DNA of 64,000 bases from the human T2T-CHM13v2.0 reference genome, Homo sapiens: the NCBI RefSeq assembly GCF_009914755.1, contig NC_060942.1, one strand, 5' to 3'. The position numbers and the translations under genes are program-made. Below the pieces are notes generated by a model that was given only the letters and a program-made list of their open reading frames with translations, ran no database searches and was not told the DNA's origin. The stretch's first letter is position 1. Each line of letters opens with the position of its first letter. Below are positions 55,961 through 64,000 of this stretch, in pieces.

Positions 55961-55978
55961 GTCCCTTCAGGGTTGCCA
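55961..55978 (-). promoter_or_regulatory. Primer binding site, tRNA-Arg type
   Basis: TGGCAACCCTGAAGGGAC lies 3 nt downstream of the 5' LTR. It is 15/18 identical to TGGCGACCACGAAGGGAC, the complement of the recalled tRNA-Arg(TCG) 3' end. Confidence 0.75.
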
Positions 55979-55981
55979 CAA

Positions 55982-56503
55982 TGATGTAGCTGGGCAAGTG
56001 ATCCTCATAATTAGTAACTAGCCCAGGAGAATTTTTGGCTTTACCGAGGAAATAATTCAAGAGCAAGGTGGCGGCGTTAAACAGCAATCACTTATTGAAC
56101 CAGATCTCCTCCTTGCCCAGCAGAGCCAACTCATAGCCAGTGTGCCCAGAGCCACACTTGTGGGCTGTTGGCTAGTTCTATGTATACCCATTTTTACCCG
56201 CTATTACTTACATGCAAATTAAGTGTAGGTTAATGCCAATTAAGGGGCAGATTTTTCAGAACTTTCTAGGAAAGTGGCAGTAACTTTCAGGTCATTGACA
56301 TGGAAAGAAGAGGTAACTTCCAGGTCATTGGTGTGACACGCACATTGTCATGGCACTGGCGGGGCAGGGGGGCGGGGGGAGTGTCTTATGCTAATGAGCA
56401 ATTAGGGCAGCTAGGGATTGCTTTCATCACCAGCTGCTGTTTGGGTGACATTTTTCACTACATTTTATCAGAATTAGGAAGTAAGTCCTGCCAGTTTCCT
56501 AGC
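55982..56503 (-). mobile_element. 5' LTR (MER66-like)
   Basis: TGATGTAGC...AAGTCCTGCCAGTTTCCTA, homologous to 48074-48543. The outer end is degraded. Confidence 0.85.
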
Positions 56504-57699
56504 AGCTTAATGGTAAAAAACCATTAATCTGGTCAGATAAAATTCTCTACTTAATTTGCATGTTTTGACAGATTTGTAGAGAATTGTTTTGCTTTCCAGG
56601 AATTTCTTCCAATTGGGCCAGAATTGCATTGTGTTTATCTGTTACTCTTGATATACATTTGGTTGGGATTGTAATAATCTATACTTTTCCTTCCCAATAA
56701 GTTGAATTTTTTGCTGAAGTTTTGTTTGGCAATTGTAAGAGAACTACCAGGAAGTGCTTTTAGAGAAAATAGACCACATTTTTTAAAAACCAGAGTTTTT
56801 AGAAATGCTAAATATACTACTAAAATCAATGTTTCTATATTATTTTTTAAATAACAGTTATTTATGTCACGTAACATGAACCAATTATTATACATATTAT
56901 ACCTAAGCTTATGCTTAAAACTCTAAAAAAGTCTGATTTTCTGTATCATATAAGACAGACACTGGGGCCTTAAGGAATTATGTGTATTACCCAAGTGCAA
57001 GTAATCATTCAGTTGGATTAATCTGATAAACAGGTCATTTATAGTCTTTACTCAGACTTCCTTTCTTTCATGAGTAGCTGAGTTTACATGACAACTAATG
57101 AGTACTTAATACCTAGTATTAAATACTCTGATTTAAATAACATAGCCAGAGCTTTTTTCTTTGAAATATCCATGATACAGGCTACATCATTCCGTTCTTG
57201 GAGCTATTTACATTACTTTTAATAAGCAGAGTATTGATGTCACTGAGATAAGTTCCAATTGCTGTTTCTATTTTTTCCAGGCTTACTGTCATTTTGTTGA
57301 GCCTTTGAAAGATTTTAGTTAGGTAAGTTGATTTGTTAATTATTGTCATCCTTTAATATTTGTGTGGTTTGTATCATTCTGTTTCTTTTCTTTTCTGTCC
57401 CAGGGATTGTGTTTATTATTCCATAACATCTTTCAGTTTATTCTTTTCAAATTTTGTTCTTCTATGACATAAAAATTTGAACTTTTCTGTGAGGTCTTCG
57501 TCCTTGACAAGGGGGCAGATGAGATTTGAAACTTGGCCAGTTTTTATTGGTATCTGCCATCTCAACACAGAAATACAAAATCAAGAAGTTTTGTTGTTGT
57601 TCTGAGTTAACTTTATTTTGTCTTTTTTCCCATAGCTAATAAATACACACGTTGCTTACTGTGAACTGGGGAAAAAAAAAAAAAGAAAAGAGGAGACTG

Positions 57700-57880
57700 G
57701 TGCTATTGGTGTAGTAGTCTTTGTGATGTGGCTTCCTGGAAACTAGAAAACATACATATTCTTCCTACCTCTTCAATTGGCTAACTGGGATCTTAAAGTA
57801 GTCAATTAAACACTCTGGCCTAATATTTCTTTATAGGAAAAAATAATAGAGCCTGCTTAGATTATTTGGAGGTCCCTTCT
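57700..57880 (+). mobile_element. MIR/MIR3 fragment
   Basis: CTAACTGGGATCTTAAAGTAGTCA.TTAAAC.CTCTGG.CCT...GAGGTCCCTTCTAG. Confidence 0.5.
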
Positions 57881-57885
57881 AGTTT

Positions 57886-57887
<2 letters not shown>

Positions 57888-57947
<60 letters not shown>
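57888..57947. repeat. Long perfect (AC)n microsatellite, about 30 units
   Basis: Directly visible. Confidence 0.95.
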
Positions 57948-57950
<3 letters not shown>

Positions 57951-60330
57951 CAGTTGCATTTCTGGCATGTGGAGCTCTGTGACATTAAGCTGGAAACTAT
58001 AAAACACAAAATACAATGTATTGGGAGCAGGACATTAAACCAGATGGAGTAGGGGGTTGAGTCTGATCCAATGAGGCAAGGACTTCAGTGACAAATCTCA
58101 TGATTTTACTATAAGGGCAAGATAATAATTAAGGGTTTTGAAATGTATATACACACAAAAAAAAAAAGAGACAAAGAAAAGGACAGTTTACTCTTTCAGC
58201 AGTGTGGTATAATTAAATGAGAAGCAACTAGATACACAAAGAATAGTAAGGTCATTGCATTTTATATGTAAAAGCCTTCATAAACTTGATATCTAATGAT
58301 TTAGTGCATTTCTTGGGCAGATAATAAACAATTTTGAGTAAGTGATGAGGAATATTATCTAATCAAAGAGCACCAGGCCCTTTAGAAAATCATGAGTTGT
58401 ATAAGAATCTACTTTAAGGAATCTTCTTTAAGAACTGGGCTCTCACACACCCAGTTAAATCCCTTTAATAATATTTATGTGAAGCAATCTTTCTACCTCT
58501 GTATCCTATTCTCCCACCAATAATAGGCAATTATGGTAGGATAAATCAACTGGGAAAAATGGGCCGAACAGTGTTCTGTCTTAGGAATGCAGACTACAAA
58601 AAAGGACTTTTGTTGTTTTATTTTGGGCAATTAAACTATGGGAAGATATAGCCTTTCTTTCTTTCTTTCTTTTTTTGCTTTTTTTTTTGTTTTGTTTTTG
58701 GTTCATTTGCAGCAGGAAATAAATATTACCTGGATAAAACAAGACAAAATTGGGACTTAAGTCAGCAGAGTGTCACGCTAAAATTAAAAATTACAAATCC
58801 AGTCTCCAAAGCATTGAAAAGCAGTGCAACGCTTTAATACCAGTTTTAGGCAGAAACCTGACAAAAAAAGGTTTTCACTGTATAAAAAATTTATAGACTT
58901 ACTAATAACCTCATTTCCACACTCTCTCCCAAAACAACACTCCCCATGTCCATAGCTAAAATCAATCCTCCTTCCTCTCCCTGTATCACTGTCCAAAATG
59001 ATTTTGTGTCACGAGGCTGTCACTCCATTATTAATTATTTCATCTCCAGTATCATTCATTTGTAAAATGATCAGTTTCTCAAGATTACTTCAAATTTTTC
59101 TATACCCCTCCCACCCACAAGGGAAGCTCTACAGGTTAACAAGTTGACAAAGTGTATTTTTATTTCACTAGGTTGCAGCAAGAGAAGAAGAGGTAGGTAT
59201 TAAAGCAGCCAGTACAGAAAACTCCAATAATGTACTAAATTTGTTTTACCTGACCCTCATAGAAAAACTTGGTCTAGGTTGAGGTTATAATAAAGCAGAC
59301 GAGAGGTCATAAGACTTAAGAAAGAGAGAAAGAAACTCATTTTGTTTATAATGCTAATCTCATACTTTTTTTTTACTTTTCTGACATCTATGCTTCGGAA
59401 GAAGGAGACACACTGGATTTCTAATGCAATCTCGACCCCTCCTGCCTCATTGTTCACATTTAATCAAGAGACGCTCAGTTACTCATAACTTTTAAAAAGT
59501 TGCAGTACACAGAAACAGTATAAAAGTTCATCTCTTAAAAATGAAGAGAGGCAAGTAATTTATGAGCTGTAGCAATTATTCCCCAAATTAAAATAAGCTA
59601 TTATCTTCACTTGAATGAAGGAGAAATACAATTAAAACTTAGAATAACAGATGAAAATAATTGTGTCATATAGATGACTGTGTCTTATGCATTTCTTATC
59701 TGTATTTCAGAGCAAATATGTTTTATATAAATCACATTTATGAGACAGCTTTACTTCAAAAATAAATATAAATATAACACAAATATAAGCATAACAATAA
59801 CCACTAATTACTTTTAAATGCTTTCCTGATACTTGAAAACTCAAGAAATTTTACGTTAAATGCTTATTTTTTACATTATGAGAATAGAACATGCTATTAC
59901 ATGGCGTATATAATATTTATGATATTAATTACATAGTATATATATTGCTTATATACTTAATTAAAATGTAACTTTCATGGAAACATATTTGTTATAAAAC
60001 TATTCCTTCTGATTTTTTTAAAAAAATGTTGTTCACTTGAGGGAATTTATACACATATTTAAGGCTAAATAGACTAGTAGTTAGGTGACGTTAGTCCCAG
60101 ATCAAGCCATGTAGCTTATTTCCCATATATAAAATGAAGTAATATATATGTATACATACCTATATTTGGCAGGGATATTGTGAGAATAAAATGAGCTTTC
60201 CCTATGAGATTGTGAGTGTTGGAAAGAGATGATTAATGTATTTGCTGCAGAATTTAAACAAGTAACATTGAGCAGACGTTGGTGACCAATCACATGGAAA
60301 CAGGTGCATTAAGAACCATTTATTTAGTGA

Positions 60331-60413
60331 ATACATATGTAACTAACCTGCACATTGCGCATATGCACCCTAAAACTTAAAGTATAATAATAATAAAATT
60401 AAATTAAAAAAAA
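60331..60413 (+). mobile_element. Very short young L1 (L1PA2/3-like) 3' stub
   Basis: ATACATATGTAACTAACCTGCACATTG.GCA.ATG.ACCCTAAAACTTAAAGTATAATAATAATAAA followed by an A-tail. Confidence 0.85.
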
Positions 60414-61249
60414 GTTAATACCCTTTCACCTGCAAATAGATTTTTAGGGATACTTATATGTTCAAATAATTATCAGCTCATTAAACAACTTTGTGATAAC
60501 AGAAAAACTTTGGCTAAAACCTGAATAATAATTTACAAAAGAGTCACTAAGTCCACTGTTGTTTATTCATATAACGCCAAGCTATGCGGTCAGCAAAGAA
60601 AGAAAAGGTAGACCTGGTTTACAAATGTGCATAGATTTTCCCAATATACTATTAAGTCATAAAAAGAAGTTCCAAAATAGAAGTGTGATATTTTGTTTTA
60701 TATATATCTATATTATATATAGATATAGATATAGATATAGATATACACACACATACACATATAAAGAGAACATAATTAAATATATAAAGGACATGCCTGG
60801 AAAGCATTCCAGATGTGAGGTGTGAGGAGGGGTTTCTGATCTTACATGGTAAAATGATAATTTAATCTTACCTATAATGCCTATATTTTTAACCAGAAAA
60901 TGTATGCATGATTAACTTAAATTATAAAATACATTTTTTAAAAGAGAAGTGTGTAAACATTTACTGTGCAAAATGCCAAAAGGCAAGTCAAAATAAAAAA
61001 GAAGAAAGGAAACATGTGCTCAAATGAATGAGGACAATTCTTTCACGGGGAGAAAAGCTACAAAGGGGTTTTCTGAAGAGGTGGGGAAAAGCAGTCATAT
61101 TTGCATTCAAGGTAGAGTGAGAAAAACGTGGCAGAAGTATAGTTTTTAAAGAAATGAGATGGCATGGCACTTGGAAAGGCTCGAAAGATCACTTGAGAAA
61201 ACACTAGCAAGACAAATTTTGGTCAAAATCATGGAATGAACTAAATAAA

Positions 61250-61623
61250 GAATGTCTGCTAGGGCTACCCTAATAAAATACCACTGACTGTGTGGTTTAA
61301 ACAGCAGAAATTTATTTTTCACAGTTCTGGAGGTGGAGAAGTCCAAGATGAACGTGCTGGCAAGGTGGGATTTTGCTGAGGCCCCTTTTTTTGGCTTGTA
61401 GAGGTCACGTTCTTGCTGTGTCCTCCTATGACCTCCCTGTGCACTCAAACTCCTTGTGTCTTCTTGTTTTTTACATAAGGGCACCAGTCCTGTTGGATTA
61501 AAGCTCCCACCTTATAACCTCGTTTAACCTTAATTTCCTTCTTAGAAGTGCTGTCTTCAAAAACAGTCACAATTTCGTAGGCTACAACACACAAAATTGG
61601 AGGGACACAATTCAGTCTATACC
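61250..61623 (-). mobile_element. MLT1A/B-like LTR
   Basis: GCTAGGGCT.CC.TAA.AAAATACCAC.GACTG.GTGGTTTAAACA.CAGAAATTTATTT.TCACAGTTCTGGAGG...GGGACACAATTCAGTC.ATA. Confidence 0.85.
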
Positions 61624-62740
61624 ATTCACCTCTGGTGTTTGTTTTATTTTGGGCTTGGAATATTATTAATGTGTAGAAAATATAATATAAAACAAGGTGG
61701 TATACTTTCTTGTAACCAACACAAAAATTAGGCGTATGTTAACATCTTCTATATTTGTTTAGGTATGTCTTTTGGAAAATAAACAATGTGTTACTGATTC
61801 AGCAAAATACTTTGCTGTCTAGTGTTTCTCTTCATCTGAATAGAGAACCACTAGTTGGAGTGTTTGTGAATTTTATGATAACATTGTCCCCACAAACAAT
61901 ATATGCAATTATTTTGGATTGTCTTTCAAAAGTCACATTTCAGTTATTTTCAAGAGCCTCACCTAATTTATATTCATTCATATTTATGCTTTATAAAGTC
62001 ATCAACCATTAGGACACATTGATTAATTCATTTTAACATTTTAATATTTTAACCATTGCAAGATATTCCAATACGTGATAAACATTTATTTATTAACTTC
62101 TTTGCCAAAATTTTTACTGTTTGCCGTTATCGATATTGCTTCTCTGGGTAAAAATTTAACAACTATCTCAGCTATTTACCCCAGAGCCATTACACTTGAG
62201 ATGCTGGCTCTGGATTTATTTTCCTCTAATGGTGTTCTCTGGAATGCGGTAGTTTAAGAAAAATGAAATGTTGATTTGTGTCATGTTGTACTAAGGCAGA
62301 TTGTACTCTATTAAAATTGTTGTGAGATCCATGATTAATGAGAATCATCCCGAGAGTTGTGATCAATATCTTACTCCCAAAGGGCTATGCAATAACCACA
62401 GCAGACAGAGGTTTGAGTAATGGACAGCGATGTTGTCTGGATTTGCTGCAGTGTGTAGGTGCTTCAGTTTCATTTCCAGCAACTTAGCCCACAGCCTGGG
62501 TAAAGTGGCCTGGAGCCTGTACCTAGTATGTTACAAGACATTCTAGACTCTATATGGTAAAATAGTTGGGGGTAACAAGGTTTGGTGAGGTAGTGTTAAA
62601 TTTTTATTGTGTGAAAGCATGTCAATCCAACTTTAATTTTTTACATAGAACTTAACTTGTCAACGCAGAGTAAAAAATATAATTCTGTGGAATTGGCAAT
62701 GGGTGGAAAAATTAAAAGTGGCAAAACTGAAGGGAAATGG

Positions 62741-62768
62741 CACACACACACACACACACACACACACA
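62741..62768. repeat. (CA)n microsatellite
   Basis: Directly visible. Confidence 0.9.
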
Positions 62769-63449
62769 TCTGCTCTCCATGGTTACTTTGAAGATGATTA
62801 TTGAAAGTAAAGCCATTATCATGGGAGAGGAAGACAGAGCAGATTGGTTTAAGGCTGGTGTTTAAAATCAGAACCCATTAATTTGCCATCTAATGTTCTT
62901 TAGGGTATTTGGTATAACAGCATACATAACTGCTGTGTCATACCACTGAGATTTTTAATTTGGAAATACAGCCCAAGCTCCAGGTAAGAATAAACAACTC
63001 ATTAATAAAACTAAAAAAATACAAGCTGTTACATATAAACGTAGAGTTACTTTGGAGAGAAATACCAGCCCTTACCCATGGAATCTTTATTGTCATAAGC
63101 TCTCAAATTGAAATATCAGAGTCATAACTTTATAATTGATATTAGATACCTCAGAATAGCAGGGATTATATGAAATATTACTAGATTCCTATTAGATATG
63201 ATTTTTGGTGTTCAATTCATTCTCAGAATGTAGTGGCTTTGCCCCTGTTAGAGTGGATAAAAGCCACAGTTAAATGAATCTACAACAAACAAGAGAATTG
63301 TATTCTTTCATTGTCTCATGCAAAATGAAACCTACCCCCAAAGAAGTCTAAACAGTGTTTGATTAATTATGATATGATAATTATGTGACTTCCCTATGAT
63401 TATACCCACTATCCAAACTTTAGCGAATACAGTTGCTAATGCTAAGTCT

Positions 63450-64000
63450 TCCTCACCTCCTTTTGGGTAAACAGAGGCCATACAGGACACAGAAAACAAT
63501 TTTTTTCCCAATTAATTAGCATTGTGAACATAAAAAAGTTACAGCAAGTCAGAAAAGTAATTCAAATAGAGTGGACATATATTAAGTAGCAAAGAAAGTA
63601 TCAATATGTTCCACAGACCATAAGTAATAAAATTATATTCTTTGATTACAATGCAATGAAATTGCATATTAAAGAAAAAGTCTCCTCTGCCTAGGAATGT
63701 TTAAAAATAATAATAATGACAAGAACTCTCTGATAACAATTTTTGAGCACAAGGAAAATTTACACTGAAGCAGAAGAATTTATATAACATTGATAATGAA
63801 AACTACTTCATATCAGAATTTTGGAATATATTTAACCACTGATTACAAAAAAGTGTAAGTATAAAAATAAAATAATAAAAATAAAGTAATTATTTTTTTC
63901 ACTCAAAAGCCTAGAAGAGGAACAAAAAACTAAATTTAAACAGAAAATAAAAATTAAAAAGGAATAATTAAGTAGAATCAATGGCACAGAAAATCCCCTA
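63450..64000 (+). mobile_element. Decayed L1M ORF2 (end of endonuclease domain/linker)
   Basis: TCTTTGATTACAATGCAATGAAATT, GATAATGAAAACTAC..CATATCAGAATTTTGGAAT, TCAAAAGCCTAGAAGAGGAACAA. Confidence 0.6.

Overview
This is AT-rich, CpG-poor primate genomic DNA, probably from an ape or human given the AluY and AluYd copies. It looks intergenic or deep intronic. I found no intact protein-coding gene. The long ORFs in the track are transposon remnants or chance ORFs. The window is dominated by interspersed repeats: THE1/MST/MLT1 MaLR LTRs, a near full-length Tigger1 nested in an MLT1 LTR, MADE1, MER85, L1PB/L1PA/L1M fragments, eight Alus, MIR and L2. The main feature is a ~8.4 kb minus-strand class I ERV (48074-~56503). 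It has two MER66-like LTRs, a tRNA-Arg-type PBS, a PPT, a decayed gag and a decayed env of the ERV-V (ERVV-1/2)-like clade. Nearly all of pro-pol is replaced by non-coding sequence. I see no convincing previously undescribed biological system. The findings are mostly structural oddities in repeats and candidate regulatory or RNA elements. Repeat family names come from recalled consensus sequences and need confirmation with Dfam/RepeatMasker.
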